Source: the human T2T-CHM13v2.0 reference genome, Homo sapiens. From it: DNA of 64,000 bases. The first letter of the stretch is position 1. Every line of letters starts with the position of its first letter. A program made the translations under genes and the position numbers. Shown in pieces: positions 29,401 to 44,200 of the stretch. The stretch lies in assembly GCF_009914755.1 (NCBI RefSeq), contig NC_060940.1; one strand, given 5' to 3'. Below the pieces are notes generated by a model. It worked only from the letters and a program-made list of their open reading frames with translations, was not told the origin of the DNA and did no database searches.

Positions 29401-32400
29401 TTGATTCCACTCAAAGGTGATTTCATTCAAGTCCATTCGATAATTGCATTCGATTCCATTCTATGATGATTCCATTCGAGTCCATTTGATGATTCCATTC
29501 AATTCAAGTCAATGATGATTCCATTCGATTCCATTCGATGATTCCATTGGATTCCATTCGATGATGATTCCATTCAAATCCATTCGATAATTCAATTCAC
29601 GTCCATTCGATGATGATTCCAATCGAATCCATTCAAAGATTCCATTCAATTCCATTCGATGATTCCCTTAGATTCCATTCGATGATTCCACTTGATTCCA
29701 TTTACGATGATTCCATTCGATTCCATGTGATGATTCCATTCAATTCTATTCAATGATGTTTCCATTTGATTCCATTCGACCATGATTGCCTTTGATTCCA
29801 TTCAATGATTCCATTCGGTTCCGTTTGATGATGATTCCGTTCGATTCCATTTGATGATTCCATTTGATTCCATTGGATGAGTCCATTCGATTACATTCGA
29901 TGATTATTCCATTCGAGTGCATTAGATGATTCCATTCGAGTCCATTCGATGATTCCATTCGAGTCCATTCGATGATTCCATTCGATTCCATTCGATGTTG
30001 ATTCTGTTCAAATCCATTCGATGATTCCACTCGATTCCATTCGATGACTCCATTTGATCCCATTCGATGATTTCCTTTGATTCCCTTTGATGATCATTCC
30101 ATTTGATTCAATTCGGTGATTTCATTTGATTCCATTCAGTGATGTTTCCATTCGACTCCATTCGATGATGATTCCATTCGACTCCATTCGATTATGATTT
30201 CATTCAATTCCATTCGATAAAGATTCCCTTCGAGTCCAATCGATGATTCCATTCGATTCCATTCAACGATGATTTGATTCGTGTCCATTCGATGATTCCA
30301 TTTGATTCCACTTGATGATGATTCCATTCGAGTCCATTTGATGATTCCATTCAATTCCATTCTCCGATGATTTCTTTTGAGCCCATTCAATGCTTCCACT
30401 CGATTACATATGATGATGACTCCATTCGATGAAACTCGATGATGATTCCATTCGCTTGCATTCGATGATGGTTCCACTTGAGTCCGTTAGAAGTTTCTAT
30501 TCAATTACATTCCATGACGATTCCGTTCGAGTCCATTTGATGATTCCATTACACTCCATTCGACAATGATTCCATTCAATGTTATTCGATGATTCCATTC
30601 GATCTCATTCGATGATGATTCCATTCAACTCCATTCGATGTTTCCATTCGAGTTCATTCTATTATTCCATTAGATTCCATTCGATGATGATTCCATTCGA
30701 TTCCATTTGATGATTGCATTCTATTTCATTTGATGATGATTCCATTCGAGTCCATTCGATGATTCCATTCGAGTCCATTTAATGAATCCATTGGTTTCAA
30801 TTCTATGATGATTACATTGGATTCCATTCGTTGATGATTTCATTCGATTCCATTCAATGATGATTCCATTCAATTCCATTCAATGATTCCATTCAATTCC
30901 ATACGATGATGATTCCATTTGATTTGATTCGACAGTGAGCCATTCGATTCAATTCCATGATGATACTATTTGATTCACTTGGTTGACATTTCCATTCGAT
31001 TCCATTCGATGATGATTCCATTTGATTCCATTCAAAGATGATTCCATTCTAGCCCATTCAATCATTCCATTCGATTCTATTCAATGATGATTCCATTCAT
31101 GTCGATTTGGTGATTCCATTTGACTTCATTTGATGATGATTCCTTTCAAGTTCATTAGATGATTCCATTCGATTCCATTTGATGATGATCCCATTCGAGT
31201 CCATTCAGTGATTCCACTCGTTTCCATTCCATGATGATTCCATTCCATTCCATTCAATGATTCCATTCGATTCCGTTTGATGATGATTTCATTCGAGTCC
31301 ATTTGATGATTCCATTTGATTCCATTCGATGATGATTCCATTCGAGTCCATTCGATGATTCTATTCGAATCCATTTGATGATTTCTTTTGATTATATTTG
31401 GTGATGATTCCATTGGAGTCCATTCAATGATTCCATTCGATTCCAATCGATGGTGGTTCCATTAGAGTCCATTTAATGATTCCATTTGATTCCAGTCTCT
31501 GATGTTTACATTCGAGTCCATACGATGATTCCACTCAATTCCATATGATGATGATTCCATTCGATTCCATTCGATGATTCCATTCTATTCTATTCAATGG
31601 TGATTCCATTCGAGTACATTAGATGATTCCATTCGATTCCATTCAATGATGATTCTATTTGTGTCCCTTAGATGATTCCACATGATTCCATTAGATGATG
31701 ATACTACTTGAGCCCATCCAATCATTCCCTTCGATTCCATTCGATGAGGATTCCATTCGATTCAATTCATTGGTGATTCTATTCAATTCAATTCTTTGAT
31801 TCCATTCCATTCCATTCGACAATGATTCCATTCGATTTCTTTCGATGATTCCACTCGATTCCACTTGACATTGATTCCATTCGATTCCATTCAATGATTC
31901 CATTTGATTCCAGTGGATGATGATTGCCATCGATTCCATTTGATCACTCCATTCTATTCCATTTGATGATGATTACATTCGATTCCATTTGATGATTCCA
32001 TCTGATTCTATTCGAGGATTCCATTTGATTCCATTCGATGATGATTCCATTCGAGTCCATTCGATGATTTCATTCGAGTACATCCAATGATTCCATTCGA
32101 GTCCATTTGATGATTCCTTTTCATTCCATTTGATTATGATTCTACTAGAGTCCATTCAATGACTCCATTCGAGTCCATTCAACAATTCCATCCGAGTCCA
32201 TTCGATGATTCCATTCGATTCCATTTGATGATTCCATTCGAGTCCATTTAATCATTACAGTCGAGTCCATTTGGTGATTCCACTGGATTTCTTTTGATAA
32301 TGATACCATTCAATTACATTTGATGATGATCCCATTCAATTTCATTTGATGATGATTCCATTAGAGTCCATTCCATGATTTCATTCGAGTCCCTTCATTG

Positions 32401-35400
32401 ATTCCATCCGATTTCATTTCATGATGACTCCATTCGAGTCCATTCGATGATTCCACTCGATTCCATTAGATGATTCCATTGGAGTCCATTTGATTGTTCC
32501 ATTCGATTCCATTCGATTCCTTTCGAAGATTATTCCATTTGAGTCCATTCGATGATGATTCCATTCCATTCCATTCGATGATTCCGTTTGATTCCATTCG
32601 ATGATTCCCTGCGATTCCTTTCTATGATGATTCCATTCCATTCCATTCAATGATTCCATTCGAATCTATTCCATGATGATTCCTTTCGATTCCATTCGCT
32701 GATGTTTCCGTTCAATTCCATTCGATGATGATTCCATTCGATTCCATTCATTGAGGATTCCATTGGATTCCATTCAATGATGATTCCATTCTATTCCATT
32801 CAATGATTGCATTCAATTCCATTCAATGATTATGCCATTAGAGTAAATTCAACGATTCCATTCAATACCATTCGATGATGATTCCTTTTGAGTCCATTCA
32901 ATGATTTCATTCAAGTCCATTTGATGATTCCTTTCAATTCCATTCCATGATGATTCCATTCGAGTCCATTCGATGATTCCATTCGATTGCATTCGATGAT
33001 TCCATTATATTCCATTCAACGATGATTCCATTCGAGTCCATTCGATGATTCCATTAGAGTACATTTAATGATTGCTTTGTTTTCAATTCGAAGATGATTA
33101 CATTGGATTCCATTCTATGATTCCATTCGATTCCATTCATTGATGATTCCACCCAATTCCATTCGATGATGATTCCATTCGATTTCATTCAATGATTCTA
33201 CTCGATTCCATTCAATGATGATTCAATTCTATTCCGTTTGATGATTCCATTAGATTCCATTCTATGATGATTCCATTCGAGTCCATTCGAAGATTTCATT
33301 CGATTACATTCCATGACGATTCCATTCGAGTCCATTCGATGATTCCATTTGAATCCATTCGACGATGATTCCATTTGATGCTATTCGATGATTCCATTGG
33401 ATTCCATTCGATGATGATTCCATTCGACTTGATTTGATGTTTCTATTTGAGTCCATTCGGTTATTTTATTAGACTACATTCGATGATGATTCCATTCGAT
33501 GCCATTCAATGATTCCATTTGATTCCACTCAATGATGATTGCATTCGTGTCCATTCGATGATTCCATTTGGTTCCATTTGATGATGATTCCATTCGAGTC
33601 CATTCGATGATACCATTCAATTCCATTCGATGATCATTCCATTCGAATCCATTTGATGATTCCACTCAATTCCATTTGATGACTCCTTTCATTCCCATTC
33701 GATGATTCCCTTCAGTTCCAATTGGATGATCTTTCCATTTGATTCAATATGGTGACTCCATTCTATTATATTCAATGATGATTCCATTCGACTCCATTAG
33801 ATGATGACTCCATTCCATTCCATTCGATTGTGATTTCATTCGATTCCATTCGAAGATGATTCCATTCGAGTCCATTTGATGATTCCATTCGATTCCATTC
33901 AATGATGATTCCACTCAAATCCATTGGATGATTCCATTCGTTTCCAATTGGTGATTTCATTAGATTCCATTCGAGGATGATTCTATTCGAGTCCATTCAA
34001 TGATTCCATTGGATTCCGTTTGATAATGATTCCATTAGAGTTCATTCGATGATTCCCTTCGAGTCCATTCGATTATTTCTTTTGATTCCATTTGATGATG
34101 ATTCCATTCGATTCCATTCAATGATTCCATTCCATTCCATTCGATGATGATTCCATTCGATAATGATTACATTCGAGCCCATGTGATGATTCCATTAGAT
34201 TCTATTCAATGATGATTCCATTCGACCACATTCGATGATGGCATTCGAGTCCATTCGATGATTTCACTCGATTCCACTTGATGATGATTCCTTTTGAGTC
34301 CATTTGATGATTACATTCGAGTCCATGAGATGACTCCATTCGATTCCATTTCATGATGATGCAATTCGAGGCTATTCGATCATCCCATTTTAGTGCATTC
34401 GGTGATTCTCTTTTATTACATTCGATGAGGGCTCCATTCGAGTCCATTCAATGATTCCATTAGATTCCACTCGATGATGATTCCATTTGAGTCCATTCAA
34501 AGATTCCTTTCGAGTCCATTCGATAATTCTATTGGATTCCACTAGGTGATGATTCCTTTCGAGTCAATTCGATGATTCCTTTCAAGTGCCTTCAATGATT
34601 CCATTCGATTCCATTCGATGACGATTCATTTCAAGTCCATTCAATGGTTCCATTCTGTTGAATTTGATGGTTCCATTTGATTCCATTCGATGATGATTCC
34701 ATTCGTGTCCATTGGATGATTCCATTCGATTCCTTTCGAGGAAGATTCCATTCGACTCCATTCGATGATTCCGTTCGATTCCATTCCATGATGATTCCAT
34801 TTGATTCCATTCCATGATTCCATTCGATACCATTCGATGATGATTCCATTCGACTCCATTTGATGAATCCATTCAATGCTTCCATTCGAGTCCATTCGAT
34901 GATTCCATTCGATTCCATTCCATGAAGATTCCATTCGAGTACATTTGATGATTCCATTTAATTCCATAGGATGATGATTCTATTAGGGTCCGTTGACTAT
35001 TCCATTCAATTCCATTCGAAGATTCCATTCGAGTCCACTCGATGATTCTATTTGATTCCATTTGATAATTCCATTCGATTCCATTTGATGTTGATTCCAT
35101 TCGAGTCCATTCGATCATTATTACATTTGATTCTATTCGATGATTCCATTCGATTCCATTTGATGAGGATTCCATTCGAGACCATTTGATGATTCCATTC
35201 AATTCCATTGGATGATTCCAATATTTTCCATTAGATGATGATTCCATTCGATTCCATTCAATGATGATTCCATCAGAATCCATTCGATGATGACTCCTTT
35301 TGCTTCCATTCAATGATCATTACATTCGGTTCCATTCGATGATGATTCCTTTGGATTCCATTCGATGATGCTTCCATTCGATTCCATTTGATGATGATTC

Positions 35401-38247
35401 TTTTCGATTCCATTTGATGATGATTCCATTTGATTCCATTCGATGGTGATTCCATTTGATGATTCCATTCGATTGTATTCGATGATGATTCCACTCGATT
35501 CTATTTGATGATGACTGCATTCGATTCCATTTGATGATTCCATTTGATTCCATTCGATGATGATTCTGATCAATTGCATTCGATGATCCATTCGATTCCA
35601 TTTGATGGTTCCATTTGATTCCATTTGATAATGATTCCTTTCGAGTCCATTCGATGATTCCATTTGCGGATATTCGATAATTCCATTTGAGTCCAACCGA
35701 TGATTCCATTCGAGGCCATTCAATCATTCTTTTTGAGTCCTTTCGATAAAGATTCCATTTTAGTCCATTCAATAATTCCACTGGAGTCCATTCGATGATT
35801 GCTTTTAATTCCATTCGATGATATTCCATTCGAGTCCATTCGATGATTCCATTCGTTGCTATTAGATGATGATTCCATTCATGACCATTTGGTGATTCCA
35901 TTCGATTTCATTCGTTGATGATTCCATTCGAGTCCATTCCATGATTCCATTCAAGTCCATTTGATGATTTCTTTGAATTCAATTCGATGATGATTCCATT
36001 CGAGTCCATTCGATGATTCCATTCAGTTCCATTCGATGATGATTCCTTTCGAGACCATATGATGATTCCATTTGATTTCATTCGATGATGATTCCATTCG
36101 ATTCCATTCGATGATTCCATTCTATTCCATTCGATGATGATTCCATTCGAGTCCATTTAATGATTCCATTGGGTTCAATTCAATGATGATTACATTGGAT
36201 TCTCTTCTATGATACCATTCAATTCCGTTCATTGACAATTTGATTCCATTCGATGATGATTCCATTTGAGTTCATTCGATGATTCTATTCGATTCTCTTC
36301 GATGGTGATTCAATTCTATTATATTGGATGATTCCATTCGATTCCATTTGATGTTGATTCAATTCGATTCTATTCGATGATGATTCCATTGGATTTCATT
36401 TGATGATTCTATTCGATTCCATTCAATGATGATTCACTTCTCGTCCGTTGGATGATTCCATTTCATTCCATTCGATGATGATTCCATTCGATTCCATTCG
36501 ATGATTCCATTTGATTCCATTCGACGGTGAGCAATTCGATTCAATTCCATGATGATTCTATTTGATTCAGTTAGATGATGTTTCCATTCGAATCCATTCC
36601 ATGATTATTCCATTGGAATCCATTCGGCGATGATTCCATATGAGTCAATTCAATGATGCTTCCATATGGGTCAGTTCGATGATAATTCCATTTGATTTCA
36701 TTCGATGCTTCTATTCAATTCCAGTCGATGATGATTCCGTTGGAGTCCATACGATGACTCCATTTGATTTCATTTGATGATGATTCCATTCGATTCCATT
36801 CGATGACTCCATTCTGTTCCATTCGATGATGATTCCATTCGAGTCCATTCGATGATTCCATTCGAGTCCATTTCATGATTCCATTGGGTTCAATTCGATG
36901 ATGATTACACTGGATTCCATTCTATGATTCCATTCAGCTCCATTCGTTGATGATTCGATTCCATTCAATGATGATTCCATTTGAGTTCATTCGATGATTC
37001 TATTCGATTCCGTTCGATGGTGATTCAATTCTATTATATTGGATGATTCCATTCGATTCCATTTGATGATGATTCCATTCGATGATGATTCCATTTGATT
37101 CCATTTGATGTTGATTCTATTCGATTCTATTCAATGATGATTCCATTCGATTTCATTTGATGATTCTATTCGATTCCTTTCGATGATTCTATTCCATTCC
37201 ATTCGATGATGATTCAATTCTCTTCCATTGGATGATTCCATTTTATTCCATTCGACGATGACTCCATTTGATTCCATTCAATGATGATTCCATTCGATTC
37301 CATTCGGTGATTCCATTTGATTCCATTCGACGGTGAGCAATTTGATTCAATTCCATAATGATTCTATTTGATTCAATTAGATGATGTTTCCATTCGAATC
37401 CATTCGGTGATGATTCCATTGGTATCCATTCGACGATGATTCCATATGAGTCAATTCGATGATGATTCCATACGAGTCCGTTGGATGATAATTCCATTTG
37501 ATTTCATTCAATCCTTCTATTCGATTCCATTTGATGATGATTCCATCTGAATCCATTCTCCGATTCCATTCGATTTCATTCGATGCTTCTATTTGATTTC
37601 ATTCGAAGATGATTCCTTTCAATTCCGTTCATTAATTCCATTTGATTCCATTCGATGATGATTCCATCCGATTCCATTGGATGATGATTCCATTCGAGTC
37701 CATTCGATGATTCCGTTCTAATCCATTCTATGATTCCATTCGAGTCCATTCGATGATTCCATTCGATTCCATTCAGTGATGATTCCATTTGATTCCATCT
37801 GATGATGATTTCATTTGATTCCATTCGATGATGATTCCATTGGAGTCCATTGAATGATTCAATTCAATTCCATTCCATGTGGATTCCATTCGAATTCATT
37901 CGATTATTCCATTCAAATCCCTTCGTTGATTCCATCTGATTCCACTTGACGATGATTCCATTCAAGTCCAATCGATGATTCCATTCGGTTCCATTCAATG
38001 ATTCCATTCGAGTCCATTTATGTATTATATTCGTGTCCACTTGATGACTCACTCCATTCAATTCCATTTAATGATGATTCCATTTGATTCCATTTGATGA
38101 TTCAGTTCGATTCCTTACAATGATTCCCTACGATTCCTTTCTATGATGATTCCATTCGATTCCATTCATTGATGATTCCATTCGACTCCATTCGATGATG
38201 ATTCCTTTCGATTCCATTTGACGATGTTTCCATTTGAGTCCATTCGA
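26425..38247 (+). repeat. Higher-order repeat unit 3 (11,823 bp = core + 4 - 10; single 840-bp module)
   Basis: Landmarks 26685 to 38508 and GTCGAC 28086 to 39909. Confidence 0.93.
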
Positions 38248-41200
38248 TGATGATTCAATTCAGTTCTGTTCTATTATGAATCCATTCGATTTCATTCAAT
38301 GCTTCTATTTGATTCCATTCGACGATGATTCCATCTCTTTCCCTTCGATGTTTCCATTTGATTCCATTCAGTGATGATTCCATTTGATTCCATCTGATGA
38401 TGATTTCACTTGATTCATTTCAATGATGATTCCATTCAAGTCCATTCGATGATTCCATTGGAGTCCAAACGATCATTCCATTCGATTCCATTCAATGATG
38501 ATTCCATTCATGTCCATTCAATGAATCCTTTCAATTCCATTCGATGATGACTCCATTCGAGTACATTCGATGATTCCATTTGATTCCATTTGATGATGAT
38601 TACATTCAATTCCATTCGAAGATGATTCCATTCAATTCCACTTGATGATGATTCCGTATGAATCCATTCGCTGATTATTCCATTCGATTCCATTCATTGA
38701 CGATTCCATTCGATTCCATTCAATGATGATTCTCTTCTATTCCATTCGATGATTCCGGTCGATTCCATTCGATGATGATTCCATTAGCTTCCATTCGATT
38801 GTTGCATTCGATTCCCTTCGATGATGATTCCTTTGAATTCCATTCTATTATGATTCCGTATGAATCCATTTGATGATTATTCCATTGGATTCCTTTCGAT
38901 GATGATTCCATTCGATTCCATTTGATGATGTTTCTCATGTATTCCATTTGATAATTCCTTTCAATTCCCTTCGATGATGATTCTTTCGAGTCAATTCGAT
39001 GATTCTATTCCATTCCCTTCGATGATGATTCCATTTCACTCCATTCGATGATTCCATTCGATTCAATTTGGTGATGATTCAATTCGATGACATTCGATGA
39101 CTCCATTCAATTTCATTTGATGATGATTACATTCGAGTCCATTTGATGATTGTATTCCTTTCCTTTTGATGATTATTCCATTCGTGTCTATTCAAAGATT
39201 CCATTCTATTCCATTCAATGATGATTCCAATTGATTCCATTCAATGATTATGGCTATCGATTCCACTCGTTGATTCCATTTGATTCCATTCGATGATTAT
39301 TCCGTTAGATTCCATTAGGAGATTCCATTCGATTTTATTCAATGATTCCAATTGATTCCATTCAATGATGATTCCATTCGACTCCATTCAGTGATTCCAT
39401 TTGAGTCCATTTGATGATTCCATTCGAGTCCATTTGATGATTCCATTCTTTTCCATTTGATGATGATTCCATTAGGGTCCATTCAATGATTCCATTCGAG
39501 TCCATTCGTTAATGCCTTTCGAGTCCTTTTGATCACTACATTCGAGTCCATTCAATGATTCTATTCGATTCCATTCCATGATGATTCCATTCGAGTTCAT
39601 TCGATGATTGCATTCGAGTCCATTTGATGATTCCATAAGATTCCATTCGACAATGATTCCATTCGTGTCCATTTGATGATTCCATTCATTTCCTATCGAT
39701 GAAGATTCCATTCGAGTGTATTCGATGATTCCATTCAAATCCATTCGATGATGATTCCATTACAGTCCATTCGATCATTCCACTTGATTCCATTTGATGA
39801 CTATTCCATTCAAATCCATTTGATGATTCCATTCGATTCCATTCGATGTTACCATTCCAGTATATACGATGATTCCACTCGATTCCATTTGATGATTATT
39901 CCATTGGAGTCGACTTAGTGAATCCTTTAGATTCTACTCGAAGATGATTCCATTCGAGTCCATTCGATGAAACCATTCAATTCCATTCGTTGATGCTTCC
40001 ATTCAAGTGCATTCGATGATATCATTCGATTCCATTTGATGATAATTCCATTTGATTCCATGTGATGATTCTATTCCATTCCATTCAATGATAATTCCAT
40101 TCAATTCAGTGATTCCTCTGGACTCCATTTGATGATGATTCCATTCAATGATTCCATTCGATTCTATTCGAAAATGATTCCATTTGAATCCATTTGATGA
40201 TGATTCCATTCGATTCCATTTGATGATTCCATTCGATTCCATTCGACGATGATTCCATTCGATTCCATTTGATGATTCCATTCTATTCTATTCGATGATG
40301 ATTCCATTCGATTCCATTCGATGATGATTGGATTCGATTCCATTTGATGATTTCATTTGATTCCATTCGATGATGATTTCGATCAATTCCATTCGATGAT
40401 TCCATTCGATTCCATTTGATAATGATTACATCCGAGTCCATTCGATGATTCCATTTGAGCCCGTTCGATAATTCCATTTGAGTCCAATCAATGATTCCAT
40501 TCATTTCCATTCAATGATTCCATTCGAGTCCATTTGATCATTCCGGTAGGGTCCGTTCGATGTTGATTCCATTGGAGTGCATTCGATGATTCCATTCGAG
40601 TCCATTTTAGGATTTGATTCGAGTCCTTTCGATGATTCCATTCGATTCCACTCTATGCGTTGATGATTTCATTCGAGTCCATTCGACACTTCCAATCGAT
40701 TCCATTTGATGTTTCCATTCGAGTCCAATTGATGATTCCATTCAATTCCATTCGATGATGATTCCGTACGATTCCATTCTGTGATGATTTCATGTGATTG
40801 CATTCAATGATGATTCCTTTCGATTGCATTCGATTATGATTCATTTCGTGTTCATTCTATGGTTCCACAGGTTTCACATCGTGTCCATTCCATTATTCCA
40901 TTCTATTCCATTTGATGATGATTCCATTCGATTCCATTCATTGGTGATTCCACTCAATTCCATTCAATGATTCCATTCCATTTCTTTCAAAAATGATTCC
41001 ATTAGTTTCTAATCGATGATCCACTTGATTCCATTTGACGATGATTCCATTCTTGTCCATTCGATGATTCCATTTGATTCCATATGATGATGATTCCATT
41101 CGATTCCATACGATGATGATTCCATTCGAGTCCATTCAATGGTGATTCCATTCAATTCCATTCGATGATTCCTTTCGATTCCATTTGATGATGATGGCAT

Positions 41201-44200
41201 TCGATTCCTTTCAATCATTCCCTTTGATTCCACTCAAAGGTGATTTCATTCAAGTCCATTCGATAATTGCATTCGATTCCATTCTATGATGATTCCATTC
41301 GAGTCCATTTGATGATTCCATTCAATTCAAGTCAATGATGATTCCATTCGATTCCATTCGATGATTCCATTGGATTCCATTCGATGATGATTCCATTCAA
41401 ATCCATTCGATAATTCAATTCACGTCCATTCGATGATGATTCCAATCGAATCCATTCAAAGATTCCATTCAATTCCATTCGATGATTCCCTTAGATTCCA
41501 TTCGATGATTCCACTTGATTCCATTTACGATGATTCCATTCGATTCCATGTGATGATTCCATTCAATTCTATTCAATGATGTTTCCATTTGATTCCATTC
41601 GACCATGATTGCCTTTGATTCCATTCAATGATTCCATTCGGTTCCTATTGATGATGATTCCGTTCGATTCCATTTGATGATTCCATTTGATTCCATTGGA
41701 TGAGTCCATTCGATTACATTCGATGATTATTCCATTCGAGTGCATTAGATGATTCCATTCGAGTCCATTCGATGATTCCATTCGAGTCCATTCGATGATT
41801 CCATTCGATTCCATTCGATGTTGATTCTGTTCAAATCCATTCGATGATTCCACTCGATTCCATTCGATGACTCCATTTGATCCCATTCGATGATTTCCTT
41901 TGATTCCCTTTGATGATCATTCCATTTGATTCAATTCGGTGATTTCATTGGATTCCATTCAGTGATGTTTCCATTCGACTCCATTCGATGATGATTCCAT
42001 TCGACTACAATCGATTATGATTTCATTCAATTCCATTCGATAAAGATTCCCTTCGAGTCCAATCGATGATTCCATTCGATTCCATTCAACGATGATTTGA
42101 TTCGTGTCCATTCGATGATTCCATTTGATTCCACTTGATGAGGATTCCATTCGAGTCCATTTGATGATTCCATTCAATTCCATTCTCCGATGATTTCTTT
42201 TGAGCCCATTCAATGCTTCCACTCGATTACATATGATGATGACTCCATTCGATGAAACTCGATGATGATTCCATTCGCTTGCATTCGATGATGATTCCAC
42301 TTGAGTCCGTTAGAAGATTCTATTCAATTACATTCCATGACGATTCCGTTCGAGTCCATTTGATGATTCCATTACACTCCATTCGACGATGATTCCATTC
42401 AATGTTATTCGATGATTCCATTCGATCTCATTCGATGATGATTCCATTCAACTCCATTCGATGTTTCCATTCGAGTTCATTCTATTATTCCATTAGATTC
42501 CATTCGATGATGATTCCATTCGATTCCATTTGATGATTGCATTCTATTTCATTTGATGATGATTCCATTCGAGTCCATTCGATGATTCCATTCGAGTCCA
42601 TTTAATGAATCCATTGGTTTCAATTCTATGATGATTATATTGGATTCCATTCGTTGATGATTTCATTCGATTCCATTCAATGATGATTCCATTCAATTCC
42701 ATTCAATGATTCCATTCAATTCCATACGATGATGATTCCATTTGATTTGATTCGACAGTGAGCCATTCGATTCAATTCCATGATGATTCTATTTGATTCA
42801 CTTGGTTGACATTTCCATTCGGTTCCATTCGATGATGATTCCATTTGATTCCATTCAAAGATGATTCCATTCTAGCCCATTCAATCATTCCATTCGATTC
42901 TATTCAATGATGATTCCATTCATGTCGATTTGGTGATTCCATTTGACTTCATTTGATGATGATTCCTTTCAAGTTCATTAGATGATTCCATTCGATTCCA
43001 TTTGATGATGATCCCATTCGAGTCCATTCAGTGATTCCACTCGTTTCCATTCCATGATGATTCCATTCCATTCCATTCAATGATTCCATTCGATTCCGTT
43101 TGATGATGATTTCATTCGAGTCCATTTGATGATTCCATTTGATTCCATTCGATGATGATTCCATTCGAGTCCATTCGATGATTCTATTCGAATCCATTTG
43201 ATGATTTCTTTTGATTATATTTGGTGATGATTCCATTGGAGTCCATTCAATGATTCCATTCGATTCCAATCGATGGTGGTTCCATTAGAGTCCATTTAAT
43301 GATTCCATTTGATTCCAGTCTCTGATGTTTACATTCGAGTCCATACGATGATTCCACTCAATTCCATATGATGATGATTCCATTCGATTCCATTCGATGA
43401 TTCCATTCTATTCTATTCAATGGTGATTCCATTCGAGTACATTAGATGATTCCATTCGATTCCATTCAATGATGATTCTACTTGTGTCCGTTAGATGATT
43501 CCACATGATTCCATTAGATGATGATACTATTTGAGCCCATCCAATGATTCCCTTCGATTCCATTCGATGAGGATTCCATTCGATTCAATTCATTGGTGAT
43601 TCTATTCAATTCAATTCTTTGATTCAATTCCATTCCATTCGACAATGATTCCATTCGATTTCTTTCGATGATTCCACTCAATTTCACTTGACATTGATTC
43701 CATTCGATTCCATTCAATGATTCCATTTGATTCCAGTGGATGATGATTGCCGTCGATTCCATTCGATCACTCCGTTCTGTTCCATTTGATGATGATTACA
43801 TTCGATTCCATTTGATGATTCCATCTGATTCTATTCGAGGATTCCATTTGATTCCATTCGATGATGATTCCATTCGAGTCCATTCGATGATTTCATTCGA
43901 GTACATCCAATGATTCCATTCGAGTCCATTTGATGATTCCATTTCATTCCATTTGATTATGATTCTACTAGAGTCCATTCAATGACTCCATTCGAGTCCA
44001 TTCAACAGTTCCATCCGAGTCCATTCGGTGATTCCATTCGTTTCCATTTGATGATTCCATTCGAGTCCATTTAATCATTACAGTCGAGTCCATTTGGTGA
44101 TTCCACTGGATTTCTTTTGATAATGATACCATTCAATTACATTTGATGATGATCCCATTCAATTTCATTTGATGATGATTCCATTAGAGTCCTTTCCATG

